This document shows positions 49,614 through 58,175 of a stretch of DNA of 64,000 nucleotides, piece after piece (within the stretch, counting starts at the first letter, position 1; every line of letters begins with the position of its first letter). A program made the translations under genes and the position numbers. Where the stretch lies: positions 124,001 to 188,000 of IMG/VR virus record IMGVR_UViG_3300042308_001511, one strand, 5' to 3'. The notes below the pieces were generated by a model. That model saw only the letters and a list, made by a program, of their open reading frames with translations. It had not been told where the DNA came from and searched no databases.

Positions 49614-50084
49614 CTAAATAGTACGTTGGCTACGAAATCTGTCCTCTTGTCTTCGGAGAAGTTTATCTAAGTCGGTCTCAATTATAGATCTCCTTATATT
49701 TTCAGCATCATTCATACGACGATCCATCTCGGTGTCAAAAGACTCACATACATTACAAGCACTTTTGTATGATATATGTAATTCGTATAAATTATTACCA
49801 CTATCAGTCACGTCCATTATAGTAAGAACAGAATCATCGTTTGTACCATTCGCAGACTGAAAAACCATAAGTAAGTCACCTTTCTCTATTTGTCTAACAC
49901 CATAGCTATTTACACCTAAACGACATTCTTTGTCTTTTAGAAGCATTTTCCAAAGTCTTATAGCTTTCTCTTGGTATGGAGATATTTTGTATTGTTTCTC
50001 GGGATACATTGTTGCACCGAATCTACGTGTTAAACGTCTCCAACTAACTTTCAGTCTTTTTATTCTCCAACTTATAACAATCAT
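49614..50084 (-). CDS. Hypothetical protein
   Basis: 156-aa ORF. Confidence 0.55.
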   Translation of the reverse strand: MIVISWRIKRLKVSWRRLTRRFGATMYPEKQYKISPYQEKAIRLWKMLLKDKECRLGVNSYGVRQIEKGDLLMVFQSANGTNDDSVLTIMDVTDSGNNLYELHISYKSACNVCESFDTEMDRRMNDAENIRRSIIETDLDKLLRRQEDRFRSQRTI

Positions 50085-50131
50085 AATAAAGTTTACTTTT
50101 ATGTTCTATAAAACGTTGGACATTTGTTTAG

Positions 50132-51148
50132 TCAATTAATAACTACATAGGATTTTTTTCCAAACGTTGAGTCGGTGTAAATCAATTCGCCATTTTCATA
50201 CACATCCATTGATATTGCATTATTAGGTACTATGTTATATTGCCAATATCCTTTTCCATATAGTGTGTGTGATATTTCTAAATAATTTCCTGAGTCGTCT
50301 TTGATAGTCATACTTCTTTCTCGTGTTCCATCTTTGTAGTTATATGATAGAATTGTGAATTCTCCGGTGTCTGTACCATTCCTGTTTGTCCTGTAGAAAC
50401 CTGTTGTGCAGCCATTGTGTGTTGATGGTAGGTTACTTTGTGAAGTTTCGGTATTCCATACGGTGTCTGTAAAATATTTTTGCATATTATTACCGTCTTC
50501 TCTTATGACGTTAGTAGCTTTATTGTCTATTGCGTGTCTCAGGAAGTCTTCAACATTTTTGTATCTATCTGAGTTCATCTGATTTTTAAGGTAATCGACG
50601 TAGTCTTGTTGAGTTTCTATCTCTGGTATGTCAGAGATGAAAGAATCTATTGAGAAATACATATAATGGAAAGAAACATCGGTCTCATTGAAGAATAATA
50701 GACCTTTTTTACCTAATTCTTCTACCCTTTCTGGTATACTCATCATCATATTCATAGATTCTGCGCCCATCATATCATCTACTTCGATACGATGGAAATG
50801 TGTGTATCCGTATGCTTTTGCAATTCTTACTGCTTTTCCTAAATTTCTCAATACGGATAGACCATGTCTTTGTACTCCTGGTGTGAATTCGTATATTTCA
50901 ATCTGTTGGAACAGTTTGTATAGAACTATGTCATCTGATGGCATATCGGAAAACAACCTATTCTCTTTATCGTAGAGGTAAAGATCCAACGACTCTATTG
51001 TCTGTTTTGGTACTGGTGTGTTAGATATAAGCATCACCTTACCACCACGAATTTTTATTTCATTTATACGTTGATCTAATTTTTCCTGTAGTGCATCGGA
51101 TTGTACGAAGCAGTCAATTATGAAAATTGGTTTTATTTCTAACATCAA
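50132..51148 (-). CDS. Glycosyltransferase-like protein, paralogue of 11518..12501
   Basis: ISNTPVP..YDKEN, HGLSVL, FHRIEVDD. Confidence 0.4.
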   Translation of the reverse strand: MMLEIKPIFIIDCFVQSDALQEKLDQRINEIKIRGGKVMLISNTPVPKQTIESLDLYLYDKENRLFSDMPSDDIVLYKLFQQIEIYEFTPGVQRHGLSVLRNLGKAVRIAKAYGYTHFHRIEVDDMMGAESMNMMMSIPERVEELGKKGLLFFNETDVSFHYMYFSIDSFISDIPEIETQQDYVDYLKNQMNSDRYKNVEDFLRHAIDNKATNVIREDGNNMQKYFTDTVWNTETSQSNLPSTHNGCTTGFYRTNRNGTDTGEFTILSYNYKDGTRERSMTIKDDSGNYLEISHTLYGKGYWQYNIVPNNAISMDVYENGELIYTDSTFGKKSYVVIN

Positions 51149-51207
51149 ATTGATTCTTTTTATTTATATTTGTATCTGTACTTATATTATTAAAAAGATC
51201 AATCTAC

Positions 51208-51603
51208 ATGAAGAAACTTTTTCTGGATGACATTAGGTCACCAAAAGATGCAATCGGTTTAGTACCTTCACATATGAACCAGTTCTACTGGGCCAATGAC
51301 TGGGACGTAGTTCGTAGTCACGACGAGTTTGTTGATTGGATCGTAACGAATGGTGTTCCTGACTTTGTTAGTTTTGACCACGACTTAGCAGATGAGCACT
51401 ACATCGACTTTATGGGTTTGTCTGATGGTAAAGAGAAAACTGAAACAACTGAGAAAACTGGATACGAGTCTGCAAAATGGCTTGTTTACCACTGTCTCGA
51501 TAAAGGTGTCGGTTTACCCGAATACCAAGTTCACTCGGCAAATCCAGTTGGTAAAGCAAACATACAGGGTTATTTAGAGAATGCGAAAAAACATCTACTC
51601 TGA
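51208..51603 (+). CDS. Cyclic-phosphate-processing receiver-like (cREC) domain protein, untagged copy
   Basis: LFLDDIRSP, WDVVRS, VSFDHDL, TGYESAKWL, VHSANPVG. Confidence 0.78.
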   Translation: MKKLFLDDIRSPKDAIGLVPSHMNQFYWANDWDVVRSHDEFVDWIVTNGVPDFVSFDHDLADEHYIDFMGLSDGKEKTETTEKTGYESAKWLVYHCLDKGVGLPEYQVHSANPVGKANIQGYLENAKKHLL

Positions 51604-51666
51604 TTGTAGCGGAACGGAATTTGTTCCTTATATTTGTAAAATATATAGAAAAGTAAAAGAAAAACT

Positions 51667-53259
51667 ATGATAATAAAAAACATCCACGAGAAACTTCTGA
51701 ACGGTATCCAGACGATGCTTATCGACACGAAGATCAATTTACCTTACTATGGTGAGTTTAACCTCCACATATCGTTCCACGAGCAGGACAGTATCGGTAC
51801 CTGTGCGGTAAACGTTACTGGTAAAGGTATGAACTTCTACTATAGTCCGAAGTTCCTTGAGAATATGTCTCAAAAAGAAGTAAACTTTATCACGCTTCAC
51901 GAGGACTTCCACCTTTTGTTTGATCACCCGAAACGTACAGTTTCAGGACAATATGATCACAAAATGTCCAACATTGTTCAGGATATGATTATCAACCACA
52001 TCATCTGGGAAGACATCCCACATGCATTTGTTGAAATTCCTAAGTCTCCAGATGGAAAGAATATGGCTCTTTTTGTGCCTAAAGAATACACTGGTAAACT
52101 TATCTTCGAGGAACTTTATGAGTGGATGAAAGAAGAGAAAGAGAAGTGGCAGAAAGAGCAAAAGAAAAACTGCGAGTGTTCTACTTGTAACGGGACTGGT
52201 AAGAAACAAGATCAGAAACAAAAAGGTCAGGGTAACCAACAAGGACAAGATCAAGGTGATCAGGGACAACCACAACAAGGTAAAGGTAACCAACCTGGTG
52301 ATGGTGAAGGACAACCTGGTGATGGTCAAGGTGATGGTGAAGGACAACCTGGTGATGGTCAAGGTGAAGGTCAAGGACAGGGTCAACCACAAAAAGGACA
52401 AGGTGGTGGTCAAGGTCAGGGTAATCAACCTGGTGATGGCGAACCGTGCCCAGACTGTGATGGAACTGGAAACCAAGGTGGTAAAGACTCTAGTGGTAAA
52501 CCATCTTATGGTCCTTATGGTAAGAATCCTAAAAAAGATGGTGAAGGATTGGACACTTGGTCTAAAGAACAAATCTTCCAAGATATGGAGAACGGGACTG
52601 GTGAATACCTTGATAAACACATCGGTGATGAGGTGCCTGAAGAGATGAGAAACGCGATGGTGAAGGATGTTATGGAGAGATTGGCTGCACGTGGATTGGC
52701 TGCTGGTAATATGGAAACAACCTTGAACAAGTTGCGTAAAAAGAGAAAAGACTACTTGAAAGAAATCAAACGAAGTGTTTCAAACATCATATTCGGAACA
52801 CAGAAGGTGAGAACAATCATCAAGCCAAACCGTAAGGGTATCTCCGGGTTGAAAGGTAATAAGAAGATCAAGACTGCAATCAACGTAATCTTGGATACTT
52901 CTGGATCGATGGGAAATACGTTCGAAAAAGTACTTTCTTACATATATAGAAATGATATCTCAGTAAATATGATTCAAGCAGATACACAGGTGAACTGGGT
53001 AGACAAGTTCATGGATAAAAAGAAAGTCGAGAGAATGAAAATCTCAGGACTTGGAGGAACTGCACTTATGCCAGCGGTTGATTATGTTGTAGAACACTTC
53101 AACAAATACAATACATGTATCCTCACGGACGGTTATTGTGATAGTTTGGATCTTTCAAAACTAAACGGAAAGGTGCTTATCATCTCAATCGGGACAAAGG
53201 TTCCAATTACAAAAGGTAACAATAAAGTCAAACAAATAGTCGTAGATATCGACCAATAA
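51667..53259 (+). CDS. Metallopeptidase-VWA protein (DUF2201-type)
   Basis: HEDFH (HExxH), DMIIN, G/Q-rich linker, MIDAS DTSGSM..GGT..TDG. Confidence 0.85.
   Translation: MIIKNIHEKLLNGIQTMLIDTKINLPYYGEFNLHISFHEQDSIGTCAVNVTGKGMNFYYSPKFLENMSQKEVNFITLHEDFHLLFDHPKRTVSGQYDHKMSNIVQDMIINHIIWEDIPHAFVEIPKSPDGKNMALFVPKEYTGKLIFEELYEWMKEEKEKWQKEQKKNCECSTCNGTGKKQDQKQKGQGNQQGQDQGDQGQPQQGKGNQPGDGEGQPGDGQGDGEGQPGDGQGEGQGQGQPQKGQGGGQGQGNQPGDGEPCPDCDGTGNQGGKDSSGKPSYGPYGKNPKKDGEGLDTWSKEQIFQDMENGTGEYLDKHIGDEVPEEMRNAMVKDVMERLAARGLAAGNMETTLNKLRKKRKDYLKEIKRSVSNIIFGTQKVRTIIKPNRKGISGLKGNKKIKTAINVILDTSGSMGNTFEKVLSYIYRNDISVNMIQADTQVNWVDKFMDKKKVERMKISGLGGTALMPAVDYVVEHFNKYNTCILTDGYCDSLDLSKLNGKVLIISIGTKVPITKGNNKVKQIVVDIDQ
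52291..52440 (+). repeat. Coding low-complexity repeat (QPGDG[EQ]G units)
   Basis: caacctggtgatgg occurs four times. Confidence 0.8.
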
Positions 53260-53288
53260 AAAAGCCAGTCTCAGGACTGGCTTTTTTT
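53258..53288. terminator. Bidirectional terminator between convergent genes
   Basis: aaaaagccagtc-tcag-gactggcttttt. Confidence 0.75.
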
Positions 53289-53817
53289 ATAAATTGTATT
53301 TTGAGAATAGTTCATCAAAATTGGTGGAACATAGTAAAGGACATAATTGTTTTATCTCTTCGTCTTCAAAATCCCACCATTTTAGTTTTAAAAGTTTATT
53401 TATAACTTCGTCGTCAAATCGTTTTTTTATGAATTTTGCGGGATTTCCACCTACTATGGTATATGGTTCTATATCCTTTACTACGTGTGAGTTATTTGCA
53501 ACTACCGCACCATCTCCGATATTGACACCGGACATTATTGTTACGTTTGCACCAATCCAAACGTCATTTCCTATGATAACACTTCCTTTGGTATGTGGGT
53601 GACCTTCTCCTGAAAATGTATTGAATACGTCTCTGTACATATGACCAAATGGATAAGTAGTTATCCAATCACTTCTGTGATTCCCACCTGTGAATATTTT
53701 TAAACCTTTTGCGATACTACAGAAAGATCCGATTTCAACAAACTCTTCTGGTGTGTAAACGTTCATATCTATATTATTTTGATCGATATATGAGTATTTG
53801 CCTATTTTTCTTATCAT
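53287..53817 (-). CDS. CatB/Vat-like hexapeptide O-acetyltransferase
   Basis: IGSFCSIA, TTYPF, IGNDVWIG, VGGNPAK, KWWD. Confidence 0.9.
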   Translation of the reverse strand: MIRKIGKYSYIDQNNIDMNVYTPEEFVEIGSFCSIAKGLKIFTGGNHRSDWITTYPFGHMYRDVFNTFSGEGHPHTKGSVIIGNDVWIGANVTIMSGVNIGDGAVVANNSHVVKDIEPYTIVGGNPAKFIKKRFDDEVINKLLKLKWWDFEDEEIKQLCPLLCSTNFDELFSKYNL

Positions 53818-53894
53818 AAATTGTTTTTATTTTGTTTTATATTTTGTTTTTATTATATGTTTTTATTATATTTGTAAAACAAAACTAAAACGAT

Positions 53895-54500
53895 ATGATA
53901 GACTTCGGCCAATACACAATCGAGGAACTTGCAAATGCACTTTATCTTAAGATGGAGGGTGAGGGTTTTTCTAAGGGTACTGATAAAACGAAATGGAGAG
54001 AACCAATCGTTGCTGAGAAACTTGGTCATAAGGCACACGCTAAAATTTCTTCGGGTAAGGGAACTGATGGATATGGATCTGATGCATTCGATCCTACATC
54101 TACTGAGTATTGTGAGTATAAATCGCAAGCGATTGAGGATGGGCAGTTGAGAAACCTTTTACAGGAGAGTAAGACTTTGAAGAATGGTAATGTGAAAGAG
54201 TATGTTTCGTTGAGTATCACTGGTGTTTATAATGGATTCAATAACAACTTTGATGTTGCATCTGTTGAGTATGCTAAGAAGTCTCACTATTTCTCTATTT
54301 TTTACAAAGAGAGATGCGTTCTTGTTATAAAAGTGAATACTGATCACGTAATGTCTACTTTGATTTCGAACTATGAAAAGTTTGCAGCAAACGGTTCTAA
54401 GGGTACTACGAATCTAAATAGTGTTACTATTAGTCTTTCTGATAAACATCTTTACGAAATTGCATATAAAGACTATGAATTCTTTAATCAAAAACACTGA
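53895..54500 (+). CDS. Putative type II restriction endonuclease (PD-(D/E)xK)
   Basis: WRE..GSDAFD..EYKS catalytic-like pattern; overlaps the downstream methyltransferase. Confidence 0.5.
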   Translation: MIDFGQYTIEELANALYLKMEGEGFSKGTDKTKWREPIVAEKLGHKAHAKISSGKGTDGYGSDAFDPTSTEYCEYKSQAIEDGQLRNLLQESKTLKNGNVKEYVSLSITGVYNGFNNNFDVASVEYAKKSHYFSIFYKERCVLVIKVNTDHVMSTLISNYEKFAANGSKGTTNLNSVTISLSDKHLYEIAYKDYEFFNQKH

Positions 54501-55221
54501 TTGTCTTGATTTTATCAAGACACTCGAAGACAACAGCGTGGATATGGTACTTACTGATCCACCGTATTTCATTGGTTTCGACGGCGGTAAAGGCTGGGAC
54601 TCTCAATGGAAATCAGAGAAAGAATACCTCGACTGGTGTGACGAATGGTCACGTGAGTGTGTGCGTGTTTTAAAACCGGGACGTATGATGATAGTCTGGG
54701 GTACTCTAAAAACTGATACCTTCATTAAACATAAACTTATGCTTAGTGGTTATGAGGGTATGTTCTCACAGAACGAAATTGTTTGGTCCTACAACTGGGG
54801 TGGACGAGTTAAGAACAACTTTGCACGCAAGCATGAGTATGCCTGGTGTTATAGTAAGGGTAAGGAGTTCTTATTCAACGATGCCGAGATTCGTGTTGAA
54901 CGAAAACTTAAAAAGAACATTAGGACTGGAAAGGACTTCGAACAGGGAACAATTCCTACGTGTATCTGGGAGAAGAACAATCACACTACTTCTAAGGACT
55001 ATTGTGGTTGGCATCCTACTACAAAGAATATCGAAATTCTTGAAAGGATGATTAGTGCTTATACTAATCCTGGTGACTTTGTGTTGGATATCTTTATGGG
55101 ATCTGGATCTACTGCTATTGCTGCGGAGAGATGTGGTAGGAACTACATTGGTTGTGAAAGGGATGAAGAGTACTATGAGAAGTCACTTATTAGGATAGAG
55201 GAAATGAAAGATTTGGTGTGA
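54475..55221 (+). CDS. DNA N6-adenine/N4-cytosine methyltransferase (beta class)
   Basis: TDPPY, HPTTK, LDIFMGSGST; start MNSLIKN. Confidence 0.92.
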   Translation: MNSLIKNTDCLDFIKTLEDNSVDMVLTDPPYFIGFDGGKGWDSQWKSEKEYLDWCDEWSRECVRVLKPGRMMIVWGTLKTDTFIKHKLMLSGYEGMFSQNEIVWSYNWGGRVKNNFARKHEYAWCYSKGKEFLFNDAEIRVERKLKKNIRTGKDFEQGTIPTCIWEKNNHTTSKDYCGWHPTTKNIEILERMISAYTNPGDFVLDIFMGSGSTAIAAERCGRNYIGCERDEEYYEKSLIRIEEMKDLV

Positions 55222-56894
55222 CTTATAAAAGAATTTATATTCTAACACCACCAGGTGTGGTTACGGGTGGACCTGAAGCTATTTACCAATTATGTGATTC
55301 AATCAATTCGTTGGGAGGTAATTGTTTTATACTTTTTAAGTATGAACATTTAAATCCTTTTCCGGAAGAATATCATCACTATAATATAAATCAATGCTAT
55401 TATAGTGATGATATAAACAAATCTGATAATTTAATAATAGTTCCTGAGATATGGACGGGAAGTCTTTATGAAGATGGTTATAATAATATGTCTAAGGCTA
55501 TTTGGTGGCTTAGTGTAGATAATTGTTATGATCGTGATTATATTCAATTGACGGATGATGTTCTACATTTATACCAATCTGAATATGCAAAATCGTTTCT
55601 CAGTGGTAGAGGTTTAGTTAATATTTTTCCACTATTTGATTATATCAATGATGATTTTTTATTAACAGAGAATTTTGATAAAAAAAATATTATTTGTTAT
55701 TCTACTAAGGGTGAAGTGGAGGCTAAACAAATAATGGAGTATTTACCAGAATATGATTTTGTTATGCTGAAAGATATGACAAGATTAGATGTTATTAATA
55801 AGTTGAAAGACTCTAAAGTTTATATAGATTTTGGAAATCACCCTGGTAAAGATAGAATGCCTAGAGAATCTGCGGTATTTGGTAATTGTTTAATAACAAA
55901 TCGTAGGGGTTCTGCTAATTTCAAAGAAGATATTCAAATACCAGATAGTTACAAATTATCCGAATTTGATCTAGTACAAATTTCAGAGTTGATAAGAGAT
56001 TGTATTGATAATTACGTTATTAGAAATTTGGATTTTTTTGATTATCGAAATATAATCAAAGGACAGAAAGATGAGTTTTTTGACCAAGTAAAAAAGTTAT
56101 TTATAATGGAAAAAGAAGAGATTTCTGATAACTTTATCGATAAACAGACAATTGATAGATGGTTTAGTTCTAAAACGGTTTGTGATTCTCAATTATCATC
56201 GTTTGTTAATAACAATCAGTTTACTAATAAGAATCCAAATTATACGGATATTTGTAAAACTTTGTTTAGGTGTGATGATGTTTATCAAAATTATGTAATT
56301 AAAGAGAGAAGACCTTTGATGTATTATCCACCACATATAGGAAGCTCAACTATACGTAAGATGGTTGATATGTTGGGACATCTTCCTAAATTAGGAATTG
56401 AAGTTGGAAGTTTTATTGGATCTAGTGCGGTATTTCTTGGTGATTTTATGAGAATATCCGGTGGTGTTCTTGTGTGTGTTGATACATGGTGTGGTGATAT
56501 CAATATGTGGCTTTTAGATTCTTTTCAAGATACTATGGCAAAATATGATGGTGATCCTAAAATATATGAATTATTTATGCAGAATATTATAGATAATAAA
56601 TTACAAGGTACGGTAATTCCTTTGCGTTTAACTTCTATAATTGCAGCACGAATGCTCAGAATATTGAATTATGAGATTGATTTTGTTTATGTTGATTCTG
56701 CACATGAGGCAGGTGAGACTTTTATGGAACTTATGCTTTATCATGATATTCTTAAGGATGGTGGTGTTTTGTTCGGTGATGATTATGAAGGTTTCCCAGC
56801 TGTTAAATATGACGTTGACTTATTTTGTAAACGTTTTGGTTATGTTCTCGAATTCACTGGTGATGGTGATACGTGGATGATAAAAAAATGTTAA
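55218..56894 (+). CDS. Glycosyltransferase-like domain fused to a class I SAM methyltransferase
   Basis: TGGPEA..WWLSVDN..HPGKDRMPRE; IEVGSFIGSS, CVDTW, YVDSAH, GGVLFGDDY. Confidence 0.75.
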   Translation: MTYKRIYILTPPGVVTGGPEAIYQLCDSINSLGGNCFILFKYEHLNPFPEEYHHYNINQCYYSDDINKSDNLIIVPEIWTGSLYEDGYNNMSKAIWWLSVDNCYDRDYIQLTDDVLHLYQSEYAKSFLSGRGLVNIFPLFDYINDDFLLTENFDKKNIICYSTKGEVEAKQIMEYLPEYDFVMLKDMTRLDVINKLKDSKVYIDFGNHPGKDRMPRESAVFGNCLITNRRGSANFKEDIQIPDSYKLSEFDLVQISELIRDCIDNYVIRNLDFFDYRNIIKGQKDEFFDQVKKLFIMEKEEISDNFIDKQTIDRWFSSKTVCDSQLSSFVNNNQFTNKNPNYTDICKTLFRCDDVYQNYVIKERRPLMYYPPHIGSSTIRKMVDMLGHLPKLGIEVGSFIGSSAVFLGDFMRISGGVLVCVDTWCGDINMWLLDSFQDTMAKYDGDPKIYELFMQNIIDNKLQGTVIPLRLTSIIAARMLRILNYEIDFVYVDSAHEAGETFMELMLYHDILKDGGVLFGDDYEGFPAVKYDVDLFCKRFGYVLEFTGDGDTWMIKKC

Positions 56895-56957
56895 TAAAAT
56901 ATCTAAGTAGAGCCACCAAACGGTGGTTTTTCTTTTTAATTGTAATCTCGTCGAGTA

Positions 56958-57332
56958 CTATATAGAGACGTATGCGTCTATAAACTCTTCACCACTTTGG
57001 TATTTCACCAGAGTTCTGTTGTATCCGTCCATCACCTCTCCGTTTAGTATGACAATCGGGTTGTCTATCTCGTCGTAGTGTGGTACGTAATCCTCTTCCT
57101 CATATCTGTCCGCGTCATTCTCTACGTATTCTCTTAGGTCTGGATCACTTTCGAGAAGATCTTCTATTCTCATCTCTCTCAGTTCGAAGTCACGACCTTC
57201 TCTTTCTATCAACGTCAGGAAGTAGTCTGGGATTGTTGTCACCGGGTTGTCTGATACCTTCTTTATGTAATCGATTATCTCTTCTGAACTAAGTCTGTTC
57301 GAGCTATGTTCTAAAAATGTCATTATTCTCAT
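56958..57332 (-). CDS. ParB/sulfiredoxin-like domain protein with N-terminal tag
   Basis: PIVI..VMDGYNR; starts MRIMTFLE. Confidence 0.6.
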   Translation of the reverse strand: MRIMTFLEHSSNRLSSEEIIDYIKKVSDNPVTTIPDYFLTLIEREGRDFELREMRIEDLLESDPDLREYVENDADRYEEEDYVPHYDEIDNPIVILNGEVMDGYNRTLVKYQSGEEFIDAYVSI

Positions 57333-57390
57333 TACTTATATATTATTCCTGTTGTGCAACATATTAACATCTGTTCATATAATATTCTCT

Positions 57391-57891
57391 ATGAGTATTA
57401 TTATGACACACAACGCGATATTTATTGGTAAAGTAGATACTGATAACCAGAATGAGAGGTATAGTTTTTCGTGTAACCTCAGAATTGACGAGACTAACGG
57501 ACAGAGTACTGCGGTTATGATGAGGTCTTCAAATGAGGGTACTCTGAGGTTCAAAAATATAAAAGACAAAATTTCATCTCTTGGTAAATTAGAGAGGTTT
57601 GATATGGTGGTATTCACTTCTATCTGGTCGAAGACGACAGTTTGTGATGTTTATGCGATAGAGTTCGTTGACTATAAGAAAAAGGTCAGTATGAATGAGT
57701 TTAACGACCTTGGTTTAGGACCTAATATAGATGAGAGACTCGAGGTTAGGCTGAGTGGAGGTTGGACTATTGATGTCGGTAATCGTGATAAACTTGCTGG
57801 TATAGTGGTTGGTTTTGGCGAACCATTCCCATCTGAGAATGATTTGGCGGCAATCCGTCGTGAAATGAAGTTAGGTGGTCTTTTAGGTTAG
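57391..57891 (+). CDS. Hypothetical protein with C-terminal tag
   Basis: Ends REMKLGGLLG; start taken at the internal ATG (MSIIM). Confidence 0.6.
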   Translation: MSIIMTHNAIFIGKVDTDNQNERYSFSCNLRIDETNGQSTAVMMRSSNEGTLRFKNIKDKISSLGKLERFDMVVFTSIWSKTTVCDVYAIEFVDYKKKVSMNEFNDLGLGPNIDERLEVRLSGGWTIDVGNRDKLAGIVVGFGEPFPSENDLAAIRREMKLGGLLG

Positions 57892-58143
57892 TACCTTGAT
57901 TATATCATCTAAGTCTGTGTATCCTATGTTACCATCTTTGTCTCTTACCGTTATTTTTTTTTCCGCATCAATATCAATAGGTTCAATCTCATCTTTTTTG
58001 TTGTGATTTTTTAACCCTTCGATGTTACTTACAAAAATCTTATTTCCGTTTTCGATTGCCTTTTGTATATGTTCGGTAGTTATGAGGTCTCCCTCTCCGT
58101 TGTTTACAAAGGTCTCGTATTTCATTATTTTTTTATTTTTCAT
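57883..58143 (-). CDS. Small N-tagged protein
   Basis: Starts MKNKKIMKYETF. Confidence 0.6.
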   Translation of the reverse strand: MKNKKIMKYETFVNNGEGDLITTEHIQKAIENGNKIFVSNIEGLKNHNKKDEIEPIDIDAEKKITVRDKDGNIGYTDLDDIIKVLT

Positions 58144-58175
58144 TGTTTATATATTAAGATTGTAATATATAGTAT

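Noticed and set aside
53287-53817. Antibiotic-resistance gene (catB/vat)
   Set aside because: The hexapeptide acetyltransferase fold is shared with sugar O-acetyltransferases and the context favours glycan modification; resistance cannot be supported from sequence.
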